A stretch of 63,288 nt of DNA from Negaprion brevirostris (GCA_030324005.1 JARDVH010000084.1:50934737-50998024), one strand, 5' to 3'; positions 12,634 through 24,870 are shown, counted from the first letter of the stretch. Program-made: numbers and translations. Notes: generated by a model not told the origin, from the letters alone.

Positions 12634-13915
12634 GTTAGTTCCGAATACTAATTTTTCAAAGTTTCATTTATTTGTTCATCTGACCAGTAATCCATGTTTA
12701 AGTGTGGTTATTTTCTTTGTTAATTGACATTGAACGTTTCAACGTGTGGATTTTGTTTTTTTTTTTCATTATTTTGCAAAGGAATTTTTAACAGTTTGCA
12801 GGTTCTGCGCTAATTAAATAGAATGATTATTAAACCTTGTAGATTGTTTATACACACACTAGTAAGGGTATGCATTATGAAAGAAATGTTAGAAAAAGTG
12901 TCAAGTAAAATTTATGCTGTTTGATGTATTTATTATTTTCATAACTGAAAACAAGCAACTCAGCTATACCCCAATAAAACATTCCAGCCTAGAAAATGTT
13001 ACTAATGAAAAGCAAAGAAACAGCACATACTGAAAATCTGAAACGAAACAGAAAATACTGAAAGCATGAGGTAGGTCAGTCAGCATCTGGTAGTCACCAA
13101 AAGACATTTTGATAGTTTGGTGCACACTGAGGAATGGCGCGTTAGCCAAGGTAGAATGGGAGTTTGATTCACCACCATATTTATCAGAGCTCAGCTTAAT
13201 CATGTGGGAGCCTCATTACTGCATACACATTGAGTTCCCATGATATAAGTGGGGCGATGATTCAATTTCAGGGGATAACTAGATGGAGCTCGTACACTAA
13301 GCACAAGTTTTTCAAATTATACAGGGCAGTGAAATGGAAGATGCCCCAAAAAGCGAAGTGTAAAACATCTTCTGTGAGACGTAGATAAGCAGGAGTGTTN
13401 NNNNNNNNNNNNNNNNNNNNNNNNNNNNNNNNNNNNNNNNNNNNNNNNNNNNNNNNNNNNNNNNNNNNNNNNNNNNNNNNNNNNNNNNNNNNNNNNNNNT
13501 TCTTTTGGTCTCCAACTGGATATTCTCTGCCTCGTGCAGAACTGGTTCCTCTTCCGTGTACCTCCCTGCCTGACAACTAGGCTGGTCTCCAGTCTGCTCG
13601 ATATTGCACAACAACTTGTTTATGTAATGCAAAGCCTAGACAGCATGATGTGCTGATGAGGCCTGGACCACTAAATAGCCAGCCAACAAGAATGAGTAGC
13701 TGGGACAGCTGATGTATCTGTCTTAACTATACAAGAGTTATAGTTATACTGTTCTTTACGGTATTATGATGAACAGCATTGTCCAAAATATAGATACTGA
13801 CTACCCTCTGTGTTCCAGCATGTTCCAGCTTTACATTAAAATTACTTTTAAAACAATATAACACTGTACAATGCACTGCAACTGGCTTATGAATGGATGT
13901 GTATTTTGTTTTAAG

Positions 13916-14044
13916 GTTGCTATCGCTGATGATGAACTTGCTGCTTTAATTGAAGACTGCAGCAGCTCTGTCACAGTGAGGGGTACTGTCCGCTGCAGAG
14001 CTTATCTCCATGGCAGTAAATCAAAAGTAAAAGATGCCATACAG
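13916..14044 (+). CDS. ODR4: ODR4-family exon (VAIADDELAALIEDCSSSVTVRGTVRCRAYLHGSKSKVKDAIQ)
   Basis: ttttaag| and CAG|gtacag, 129 bp. Matches recalled CSGSVNLKGAVKCRAYIHSSKPKVKDAVQ. Lies inside ORF 13871..14137. Confidence 0.95.
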
Positions 14045-14792
14045 GTACAGTACCTGATCTGTACTCTGAGAAAGGAGTTTCTTCAACTAAAACATTCTCA
14101 ACAACATAAATATAAACAAGCTCTTCTATATTTTTAATTTGTTGTTAAGTTATATCTGCAGAGAATCTTTTGGACTTGGGTGATACAAGTATGCAGTTTA
14201 CACAGATTCATTTTACAACCAGAATAGGTATTCTGTAAGTGGAGATACCTAAAGGCTTTATATTGATTATATTCAAAGAACATTTCCACCAATATTTTGC
14301 ATTAGAATTTTCTAAGCCAGTTCTTTTATTATATTGCACATACCATGGATATACCAGAAAGAAGATAAAAGTCATTTGTTTTTCTATTCTGTTCATTTGC
14401 CAACATTCTTTGGTGCAAGTGTAAACTTATGAACTCTTGGCCATAAAAGAGAAGTAGGAGTTGCTGAAAACGAAGACTCTACATTATCCTTATTTAGTTT
14501 CTGTTTTTCTAATTTTGAAGAAGGTCTTTCTGTCTGGACTTTGTTTCCTGTATCCACATGTACAGAATACCACTTCTCTATTGCCTGTTGCTAAATTACA
14601 ATTTTATGGTTTGTGAAAGTTAGACAGAATAGAAAAAGGCAAAGCTTAAGGAGCTCCACATTAGGTACAAACATCGGTCAATTGGTAACCTACCTCTACA
14701 TTGACATTCTTCCAGCAACCTGATGAGTGTAATCAGCTGTGAATTGTAAATGCTGTTATATTCATCTTCCTAAAAGAAAGATGAATATATAT

Positions 14793-14917
14793 GCTGGAAT
14801 TCTGTGGCCCGCCCGTCACGGAATAGGAGCGGGCAAAGAGTGGACAATGGAAAAGTTCATTGACCTCAGGCAGAATTTTCTGGTCTCAGGTCGAAAAAGA
14901 CTGTAAAATTCCGCCCA
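14793..14917. mobile_element. Short non-autonomous DNA-transposon-like element (MITE)
   Basis: Imperfect terminal inverted repeats gctggaattctgtgg ... ctgtaaaattccgccc; GC-rich island in AT-rich intron. Confidence 0.5.
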
Positions 14918-14994
14918 TAGTGTAAATGCGTTTTTGAGAATTCAACACAAAACGGGTATCATTGCAAAGCTTTTCTGGGGGTACCATGAATACT

Positions 14995-15985
14995 AGAAAT
15001 AAATGGGACATTTTCCAAATGGTAGGCAATGACTAGTGGGATCGGTGCAGGACCCCAGCTATTCTCAATATATATTAATGATTCAGAGGTGGGAATGAAA
15101 TACAATATCTCCAAATTTGCAAAACACACAAAGCTAGGTGGGAGGATGAGCTGTGAGGAGGATGCAGAGATGCTTCAGTGTGATGTGGACAAGCTGAGTA
15201 AGTGGGCAAATGCAAGGCATATGCTGTATAATGTGGATAAATGTGAGGTTATCTACTTTGGTAGCAAAATCAGGTTTTATCTAAATGGCTATAAATTAAG
15301 AGAAGGAATGTGCAAGAAGACCTAGATGTCTTTGGACACCAGTCGCTGAAGGTAAGCATGCAGTAAAGAAGGCAAATGATATGTTGACCTTCATAATAAG
15401 AGGCTTTGAGTACTGGAGCAGGGATGTCTTGCTACAATTATATAGAGCTTTGGTGAGGCCACACATGGAATTGTACAGTTTTTGTTTCCTTCTCTGGGGA
15501 AGGATGTTCTTGCTATGGAGGGAGTGCACAGAATGTTAACTGGACTAATTTCTGGATGGTGGAACTGAAATATGAGGAGAGGTTGAGTCGGTTAGGATTA
15601 TATTTGCAGCTCTTTAAAAGAAAGAGGGGGATCTCATAGAAACCTATAAAGTTCTAACAAGGAAAGATACAAGAAGGGTGTTACTAATGATGGAGATGTC
15701 CAGTACCAGGGGTCATAGTCTAAGAATATGGAGTAAACCTTTTAAGGACAGAGATGAGGAGAAATCTCTTTATCCAGTTAGTGTTAAGCCTGTGGAACTT
15801 GCTACCACAAAAAGCTTACCTTCAGGCCAAAACATGTTTTCAGGAAAGAGTTTGATATAGTTCCTGGGGTGAAGGGAATCAAAGGGGGCAGGGGGTGGTG
15901 GGATTGAGTTGGATGATCAGCCATGATCATAATGTTGGAGCAGGATTGAATGGCCTACACCTGTTCCTATTTTCTGTTTCCATGT
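14995..15985 (+). mobile_element. CR1 (HER1-like) LINE 3' portion
   Basis: ORF 15029 GPQLFSIYIND...ISKFAKHTKLGG...NVDKCEVIYFG; tail tgaatggcctacacctgttcctatt. Confidence 0.9.
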
Positions 15986-16029
15986 TGCGATATCCTAATT
16001 TTCAGAGATTTTGTCATCACAAAAATTGT

Positions 16030-16880
16030 TACTAATGGTCATTAATGACCTTGCATCCATCATAAGTTCAGATGTGGCAATGTTCACTGATGATTGCAGT
16101 GTCCATTTCCATTAACAGTTACTCAAATAATGCAGCAACCTGTATCCACATGCAACAAGACCTGATATCATTCAGGCCTGGGCTGATAAGTGGCAAATAT
16201 GATTCCTGTCAAATAAGACCATTTCCAACAAGATAGCATCTAATCACCTCTCCTTGGTGATCAACAGCTGAGCACCACCACCATCAACATGCTGAGAGTA
16301 ACCATTGAGCAAAACCTGAACTATATTAGCCATATAAATGCAAAAGCAGGTCAAAGGTTGGGTATTCTATGGTGACTAACTCCTGTCCTGACTCACTAAG
16401 CCTTGCCATTACCAACAAGGCACAAATCAGAAGCATGTTGGAATATCCTCCACTTACCTGGCTGAGTACAGCTCCAGCTCAAGAAATGTAACACTGTCCA
16501 GGCTCAAGTAGTCCACTTGATAGACGCCCCATTCACCAGCTTAAACATCATTGCCTCCACCACCAGCATACTGTAGCTGCAGTATGTATCATATACGGGA
16601 TTCGTTGCAGCAACTCAATAAGGCTCCTTCAGCAGCCAACAACCCAGAAGAACATGGGCAGCAAAGATGTGGGAAGACTAAAATCTGCAAGTCTCACATT
16701 ATCATGACTCAGAAATTTATTGTCATTCTTTCATTATTATTGGGCCAAAAACCTGTACCTCCCTAGCTAACAGCATTGCAGGTGAATCTTGAAAAGATTC
16801 AGGAATCAGACTCACCATGAGGGCAATTAGCATTGGGCAATAAATGCTGTCCTTGTCAGCAAAGCTCAAATACCATAAAC
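16030..16880 (+). mobile_element. LINE 'family B' 3' portion
   Basis: atgttcactgatgattgc (MFxDDC) and tail gggcaattagcattgggcaataaatgctg. Confidence 0.8.
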
Positions 16881-17201
16881 AAAAAAAGAGCCCCTTGTTT
16901 CCTTCACAGTCTTTAGTGAAACCTTTCCACATATATTCATAAGCTCTTTCATAATATTCATACATTTCTTTTGGAAACATTCTCCTTAAACATAGTAAGA
17001 CTAACCACTCAGATGATGAAATTCCCCACCATTAGATATGCATCTGCTTTTCAAACCAAACCTGATGATTAAATAAAACTAAAGGGTGGTAAAAGACAGA
17101 AAGAGAGACAATCCTGAGTAAATTTAGCATCCTATAAACCTCAGATAAGATGTCTCAATAGGATGCTGAGTATCTATCATTCATCTGGGTAAAATGTAGC
17201 A

Positions 17202-17460
17202 CAGTAAGAATTCTCACAACACCAGGTTAAAGTCCAGCTGGTTTATTTGGTAGCAAATGCCACTAGCTTTTGGGGCTCTGCCCCTTCGTCAGGTGAGTGG
17301 AGTGAGTCAGGTGAGTGCAGAACTCCCCACTCACCTGACGAAGGGGCAGAGCCCCAAAAGTTAGTGGCATTTGCTACCAAATAGACCTGTTGGACTTTAA
17401 CCTGGTGTTGTGAGACTTCTTACTGTGTTTATCCCAGTCCAACGCCGGCATTGCTACATC
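17202..17460. mobile_element. Penelope-like terminal-repeat fold-back insertion with hammerhead-like motifs in both arms
   Basis: About 100-bp inverted arms (17202-17299 vs 17327-17426), 13-bp TSD gtaaaaYgtagca (17189-17201 and 17461-17473), core CTGACGA-A-GGGGC-aga-GCCCC-AAAA. Confidence 0.8.
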
Positions 17461-18121
17461 GTAAAACGTAGCATACAGCTTTCTATCATTAATAAATAAA
17501 CTCCTGTCTGTCAAAGCACATGAACTGATCAAGCACACGTTTAGAGAAAGTTTGCAATGCATGCTGTTGAGTCCATAGTTTCATCCTCAGCATGGATTGG
17601 GAAAGCTGTATGATACATTTTCTAGAGGTCTTAGATTAAAAAAAAACTTATCCTTGCAAACTAGATAACATCAAATTTTTATCTTCATAGGAGAAGCCTG
17701 AATTTCCACTTTTAGGGTATATTAGGAAATGGCTGCGTGTCAACAAATAATATTGCTTTGCATCCTAAAGCAAGAACTCCACACAAATTCAGGGGATCAA
17801 GGATAAATGTTCCAGATCGACTGCTTGAACATCTGAAGTACCTCAAGTTGTTGATAAATGATTTGAAGTTTCACTTAGCATTATCAGCCTACACAAACGT
17901 TCTGGCTTAAGCTATCAGATGTAATGTCATTCAAAACTTTGTCTCATTAGGTCTTTGAAAAACATCTGGTAATTACTAATCAGCTGTGAAAAGTCATTAT
18001 GCTATTCTTTTGTCACATTTGATGTAAGTACAACTATTGAATAAGACCATGTGATTGCCATGGACAAAACTTTGAAGTATTTTAAGGCATGATTCAACAT
18101 GTCTGCCCCTATAAAAATGTA

Positions 18122-18234
18122 GTAAGAAGTCTCACAACACCAGGTTAAAGTCCAACAGGTTTATTTGCTGGCAAATGCCGCTAGCTTTTGGAGCTCTGCC
18201 CCTTCGTCAGGTGAATGGGGAGTTCCACACCATG
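18122..18234 (-). mobile_element. Penelope-like terminal-repeat fragment
   Basis: Same family as 17202; 14-bp TSD cctataaRaatRta (18108-18121 and 18235-18248). Confidence 0.75.
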
Positions 18235-18637
18235 CCTATAAGAATATAACACTCTAATGGTTGATGAGCTTCACAAATGATTTTATGCTATTCTCAGTTA
18301 CTGCAAACAAAATGTTCCTTCACTTTTAATTGTAAAATAAATTTCAGCACTTATTCAACTGCAAGACTTGCTTTATGTTCTGCTTTCTTCATTTTCTAAA
18401 CATAACTCAGTTAACATTAGGTGATTTTGTTTGCAGAAAAGGAGGATTAATATAAAGGTTGTATTGTGGTATGATGCTTGCTATTTGATCTGATTGCAGT
18501 ATTTTGGTTTGTGTGCACAGAATAACAGATGAACTTCATTAAGTGTGCTATTGTCTGTCAAAAAATAAAGTATGGTGTATTCCCCATAATGGCATTTCAG
18601 ATGTAACAGCTAATCATGCCAAATACTCTTTTACCAG

Positions 18638-18719
18638 GCACTAAAGAGAGATGTGCTGAACACTGTGTTTATCCGCTGTCAAATGGTATTTGAGGACCAA
18701 ATTCTGAACAAAAATGTTG
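18638..18719 (+). CDS. ODR4: ODR4-family exon (ALKRDVLNTVFIRCQMVFEDQILNKNV)
   Basis: cttttaccag| and G|gtaagt, 82 bp, phase 0 to 1. Matches recalled AVKRDILNTVADRCEMLFEDLLLN. Confidence 0.95.
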
Positions 18720-19465
18720 GTAAGTAACTGATAACCCATTGATTTCTCCCACCTTCTTTAATAATGTCAAACTCTTAACATTTTTTTTGATTGTGTGACC
18801 AGAATAATACTTAGGAATTTTAATAATTAGGGATAAGCAATAAATGCTGGCCTAGCCAGCGATGCCCATATCCCATGAATTAATGAAAAAATTTCTGATG
18901 AACAGCTGAGGTTTCTGCTTAACATTAATGTCATCAGTGAACTATTAGGCACTCCACATTTTATAAGTTTGTTGCCCTTCATTTCCCGGTATTTGATGTC
19001 CTCCTGGTATAGAAACAGACATTTAAGTAGAGTGATTTTTTTGCCATGCTCTGATGCTTAGTATAGATACTATCCCTTTTCAGCTGTAACATGCTTAATT
19101 GATGAAAGATGTGAACTTTCAACAGTAGCGAACTAGCTCTGGAATATTCCCTGACTCATTAATGAGAGGCTTGGAGGATGTCATATGGTTACTCTGCATC
19201 TAGTTCAAAATAACTCTGCAAGTCAGTGTCCCAACAGTTAATACAGCCATAGCTTACCAAGAAATGAGAAGTTTACCATCAATGTGTAGTAAATTGTGCT
19301 ATTCTAGATAATTAATCTCTAGTCAGTCTGTACAGCTTAGATATTGCCAAGCAGCTCGTATGCTGTCCAAATTCATATGAGTGTTGTGTATCTTTACTGG
19401 GAGAAATTGCCTGCTATATTTCAGTCAAGAAAAAGCTCAAACTTTGAATGTTTCTGCTATAAGAA

Positions 19466-19682
19466 GAGGGAATGCTCAGCACATTTACAGCATCAGCAGA
19501 GAGAAATTGACCAATCATTTCAGTCTATTGACCTTTTGTGAGAATTGTTCCGCTGAAAGGGTCATCAACTTGAAATGTTAATGCAGCTATTTTCTCTCCA
19601 CAAATGCTGTCCGACCTTTGAACATTTCAAGCATTTCCTGTTTTTATNNNNNNNNNCCAGCATGTGCAGTATTTTACTTCTG
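19466..19682. mobile_element. Second Penelope-like family, decayed fold-back; related fragment at about 13015-13095
   Basis: aatgctcagcac...cagcatc.gcagagagaaa is inverted against tttctctccacaaatgctg...agcattt. Degenerate core ctgaaagggtcatcaacttgaaatgtta. Confidence 0.55.
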
Positions 19683-19844
19683 AATTTCTTAGGTGATTTG
19701 GAACTCTTAAACATAGGCCTTAGTATGCATCAGACAATAGTCTAACCAGAAAAAAACAAGAATAGCATAGCCCAAAGGTATTGTTGCTGAAAATGCAGTT
19801 AGATGAATCTAGATAATTTGCAAAAAGTAAGCCATATAAAGTAT

Positions 19845-20058
19845 ATCACTTCTCCGTCTTTTGGCTAAGATCAAGCACAAGATGGGGTATAATGCCTTAT
19901 CTTGTCAGCTTGGATCTTGTTTGTCTCTCTTATAGGGAACTTGAATTGCATTAAATTGGATTTTGAATTTAGTTCTAGGAGCAATCAAAGGATGGATTTG
20001 GGTTTGCCAGTCCATTCTGAGTATTAGCTTAAGGATGGAGTGAAACAAAATTTAAAAT
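19845..20058 (+). mobile_element. U2 snRNA-derived retroposon (SINEU-like element or processed U2 pseudogene)
   Basis: Starts atcacttctccgtcttttggctaagatcaag (U2 5' end ATCGCTTCTCGGCCTTTTGGCTAAGATCAAG), continues with degenerate U2-like blocks and an A-rich end. 12-bp TSD catataRagtat (19833-19844 and 20059-20070). Confidence 0.8.
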
Positions 20059-20209
20059 CATATAGAGTATATACAGATGTTTTTAAACATGATTTAATTT
20101 ACAATACTTCTCACAATATAAAAGCACATATTTAGCTATGCTTGGGGGTGGGGGGACAGAGGAGACGGTGGTGGGGCTGCCAAGTGTGTTGGAACAGTTA
20201 GATCCCTAG

Positions 20210-23200
20210 ATAATGAGGTGTGGATGAGGATTTGAGCAGCCTGTGAGCTGAGACAGGGAAAATCAACCAGTATTACAGACGTAGAAATTAGTGCTCGTAG
20301 TGATGGTGTAAATATGAGGTCAAAAGCTCACCACAATACCAATGTGACACTAAGATTACAAACAAACTAATTTAATTCCAGCTTGTTACTAAGAAGAGGA
20401 AAGGAGTGAGTGCATAGGGAATAGTATTTGGAACGAGTACTGCAAACAATATTCTTTTAAATTCATGGGATTGGGGGATCACTGCCTAGGCTGCTATTTA
20501 TTGCCTATCCCTAATTGCCCTTGATAAGGTGTTGATCAGCTGTCTACTTGAACTGCTGCAGTCCATGTGGCGTAAGTACACCCACAGTGTTGGTAGGAGG
20601 GAGTTCCAGGATTTAATCCAGTGACAGTGAAGGAAGGGCGATATATTTCTGAGTCAGGATGGTGAATACCTTGGAGGTGAACCTCCAGGTGGTGGTGTTC
20701 CCATGTATCTGCTGTATTTGTCCTTCTCGATGGTAGTAGTCATAAGTTTGCAGAGTGCTGTCTAAGGAGGCTTAGTAAGTTCCTGGTGCCACTAAGTGCT
20801 GGTCATGAAGGAAATAATTGCCTGTGGGTGGGGTAGTAATAAAGCAGGCTGCTTGTCCTTATTGATGTCAGTTTTTTTTTATTGTTTTTGGATTTGCACT
20901 GGAAAATGTTAAGTATTCCATCATACTTCTGACAAATGTCTTTAAATGCTGGGTAGGCTTTGGGGAGATGAATTACTCACTTCAGCATTCCAAGCCTCTG
21001 AACTGTTCTTGTAGCCACATGTGGCTACTCCAGTTCCTTTTCTAGTCAATGGTAATTTCAGGATGTTAGTAGTGAGGGATTTTTGGTTGGTAATTCCACT
21101 AAATGTCATGGGACAATGGTTAAATTTTCCTTTGTTGATGAAGATGATTATTACTTGGCACTTGTGTGATGCAAACGTTACATGCCAAAGCCTGGATATT
21201 GTCTAGGTCTTGCTGCATTTGGGCGTGGACTGCTTCAATATCTGAAAGTCACGAATGGTGCTGAATAGTTTGCAGTCATCAGCAAACATCCCCACTTATC
21301 TTATGGTGAAATGAAGGTCATTAGTGAAGCAGCTGAAGATGGTTGGGCCAGGATACTATCCTGCAGCAGTGATCTCCAACCTTTTTAAATGCAAGATCAC
21401 TTTTAGAATCTAAATGCAGCACAAGATCTACCCTTAAATGTTTGACTTTACTATAATCCCCAAAAATGTATGTAGTGCACAACACCCAACTATTCTTTGT
21501 GTGACACTTCCACTTGCACACAGTCTGTGAATGCTGTGAAGTCTGAGTCGTAGTTTGAGATGGCCAGTCTCAAACAGCCCATCAGATGGACATCTATGAG
21601 ATGAGTGTGTTACGTGGCCTTGATTATTTTCATCTGGGGAAAAGCCAGAGGTATGTGGAACCAAAGTAGGCCTTCACCTTGAGCGTGCAAGATGTCAGAA
21701 GAAGGTACTTCCCTGTTTACAAGTCCTCAACAACCTTTGTCCTTTGACCTAGCTTTCATTTTGCATTGTGATGAATTCCATGCCAAGTCTACAGCTTTGT
21801 TCAAACACATGCTGTAATTTTGCTGTCAGTTCTCCAAAGACCATTTGAAGAAGAGGATTTGAGACAAATATAATGATTTGTTCCATTTGTCTACCTACAG
21901 AAATTGTCTTTTTCAGTTTGTTCAGGGGGGTCACAGAATTTGTTTGGGTGCAACACTTTCCGTTTGACCTGTTGTTGAATTTTCTCCAGATTTGGAAAGT
22001 GCTCAGTAATTTTGCTGTTTAACTGGGAGGATCACAGGCTCAGTTTTCAGTTGAATGCATTCACTGCACTGATCATGTGTGACAAGACTGTTCTTTCCCT
22101 TCAGTTCATGATTCAATTTTGCGCTAATGTCTGTAAGAAATGCGAAGTCCAGCAACTATACATTTATTTGACAGCTCATTTCTTGATTTAAGAAAGGTGA
22201 CAATTTCAGGGAGGAAATCTAAAAATCTCTGGAGGAATTTTTCCTTGATTTAATCACCTTACATCTGCCTGAAGAATTAGCTCACCCTGAGGAATTACTC
22301 ACCGTAGGTGGCCTCAAGCTCATCGAATCATGATTTGAACAAGCATTGTTGCAGAGCTTTGGCATGAATTGAGTTGACGAACTTGACAGAAACTGTCATT
22401 ACATGAGAAGAGTCAGTAACCTTGCTCACTAGCACCAGTTGGTGGTTAACACTGTGGTAATCGACAAAGAAGAAGAATTCAGGATTATTTCTGCGAAGTG
22501 CAACAAAGCCTGCATTGACACGCAGCATTGACAGTGCACCATCAGTTGTGATTGAAACCAGTTCTTTGATTGTAATGTTTTTCTCAGTCATGTACCTTCT
22601 GAATTTGTTGTAGACATACTCACCTCTTGTCTTTTTGAGTGGCAAAAGACTGAGAAACTCCTCCTTTGTTGCTGAGTCTTTGAATGTTGTGAAAAAGAAA
22701 ACAATCAGTTAGGCCATATTCACTATATCTACAGATTCATCAAACTACAGTGAGTAAGTCTCATGGTATTTGCTGAGGCTCATCCTCAGACTACAGTTCC
22801 ACCCTTCTGATTGTTAAAGCACCAAGCAGCACGCTCTTGATGACTAACATAATTTCGTTTTCGTTTTTCAAGTCTTTGACCAAGGTGTCAGCAGCAACTG
22901 TCAGAGCCTCCTTGATGACTTTGCTATTGGGTGAATGGTTCCTTATGTTTCACCAGTGGATAGCGAATGCAAAAAGACACCTCTGGGCTAGCCTTGCCCT
23001 TAGCCGCTGGTTTCAAAAAGAGTGACTGCTGAGCTTTCAAAATTCCTTTTAACTGCCCAACCTTTTTTGTATGAATCTGCTGTTTACAGGGAAATTTTCT
23101 TTTAATTTTACATGTATTGTCTTGTGACGCCATTCCAATTTGCCTCTTTTACTCTGCTACACTCTGGTGACAAATGCTGTTGTCTTTGATTAACTTGTTA

Positions 23201-24185
23201 GAAGAAATTCACGTTCCCATTCTTGCTGGAAATGGTAGGTTTTTGCCCTCTTGGTTGTCACTGGCTCCGCACTTGTCATTTTGACTTTAGGAAATTAATC
23301 TTAGCAATGTGAAAAATGGAAGGCCCTGTTTATTCTAAGGTTCAGTGCGGGTTGACAATAGGCAGTGAGCTAACAGCTGAACAATGGTCGCAGTAGTTCA
23401 TTGGTGGACGTTTAGCTCGTTTAAACATAATGAATTTCTGATTGGTCTGAGTGCCGACATTTAGCTCAGTTTTTTCTTAACTCTGCAGCACCTTGCATTA
23501 TAACCCATGGCAACCACAGAATCTGGGCTTTTCCCACTCTCTTTTATACTTTTTAAATGTTAAGATCGACTGTTTAAGACGCTAGGATCGATTTTCTTGA
23601 TTGTGGTTGACTGGTTGGAGACCACTCTTATAGTGATGTCTTGGAACTGAGATGATGGATCTCCAACAATCACAACCATTTTCTTTGTGCAAGGTATGAC
23701 TCCAACTAGCAGAGAATTTTCCCTCTGATTTCTACTGACTGCAGTTTTGCTAGGAGTCCTTGATGCCAAACCCAGTTGAATGTTGTCTTGGTGTCAAGGG
23801 CAGTCACTCTCACTTCTCCTACAATGACCTCACTGTTCCCAGTACTAATCAGAGGAAATTTTTGCACATCCAGTACTGGTTCACGGATGAGCAGTCTGAT
23901 AATTTAGCAATGGAGGAATAGTCAAAAGATGGTGATGAGGTAGAGCTGTGTGCTGTCACCTTATACATGAAAGTCAAAGCCCAACATGTAGATGAGAAAT
24001 AGGAAAGAACTAAGGATAGATCTTTGGGGATATGAGAGGTAATGGTATAAGAGATGGAAGAGTATTTCTCTGGCTATGATCAGATAACAACGCGAGAACA
24101 GACCAACTCAGCTGGATGATAATGTAGAGGATGGTGTGGTCAACAGTGTCAGAGGTTGCAGAAAGATAAGGAGAAAATGTTTATC
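20210..24185 (-). mobile_element. L2 remnant (20210-20450 and 23825-24185) split by LINE 'family B' (20452-21366 and 23628-23822)
   Basis: Each host sequence resumes collinearly after its insert (ggatactatcctgcag ... tgatgtcttggaactgagatga). Confidence 0.7.
21367..23627 (-). mobile_element. hAT DNA transposon (Charlie/SPIN-like) with pseudogenised transposase (about 23279 to 21490)
   Basis: TIRs cagtgatctccaacc (21367-21381) and ggttggagaccactc (23613-23627). Fragments MTSAEPVTTKRAKTYHFQQEWEREF, LVSITTDGALSM, DYHSVNHQ, and C-terminal HLMGCLRLAISNY; many stops and frameshifts. Confidence 0.9.
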
Positions 24186-24599
24186 TTTTTGGCCTGATTT
24201 TCATTGTTGCTGACTCCATTACATTCTTCTGCTGCAGTAGTGGACATGGTGCATATTGCTAATACTAATCATATAGGCCACTTTCATCTCTGCAGGGTCA
24301 ACCTGCCCTACTCCACTATAATTCTTGGTTGTCCATTTGCCATAGACACACCTTTAACATTATATTCTCAATAGTGTACTCTTCAAATTCCTCCTGGACT
24401 TGACCTCCATATTACCTCTGACATTAGTGGACATTAGTTTGTTGATACTCTGTCCTACCTATATAAATTTTATACAACGTGCACAAGAGCACCAACTTCC
24501 AATCAACAGTTCCTCCATTTATGTCCCTTCCGTTCTCCATTTACTACCAAGGTGTAACTTCCATAAAATCCCTACTGTGTAGAAGGGGTCTGCCCTCTT

Positions 24600-24870
24600 C
24601 TGTTTCCACTTAAACTGCTTCTGTTTCTTGTAGAATCCTCTCGCTTACCACCCCCAAAGGCTTTATCACTTCCCTATTGACCCTTTCAGCCACAAATCCC
24701 ATGCAGTTCAGATGGAACCCATCCCATTAGTACTGTTCCTTTCTGTCCTAGAACTGGTGCCAGTGTCTCGTGAAAAGGAACCCCATTTTCCCAGATCAAC
24801 CCTTTAGTCATCTGTTGATTTCCCTGATCTGTCTGCTCCAATGCCAACTTGCATATTCACTTGTTAAACA
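24600..24870 (-). mobile_element. CR1 ORF1 (SGNH esterase-like) remnant
   Basis: The reverse strand gives RQIREINR...HWHQF...WDGFHLN, typical of the CR1 ORF1 esterase. Confidence 0.6.

Noticed and set aside
13632-13690. ctgatgaggcc as a possible hammerhead start
   Set aside because: No complementary stem II followed by GAAA downstream.
19845-20058. Functional U2 snRNA gene
   Set aside because: The branch-pairing GTAGTA is lost, there are many substitutions and insertions, and the TSD and A-rich tail indicate retroposition.
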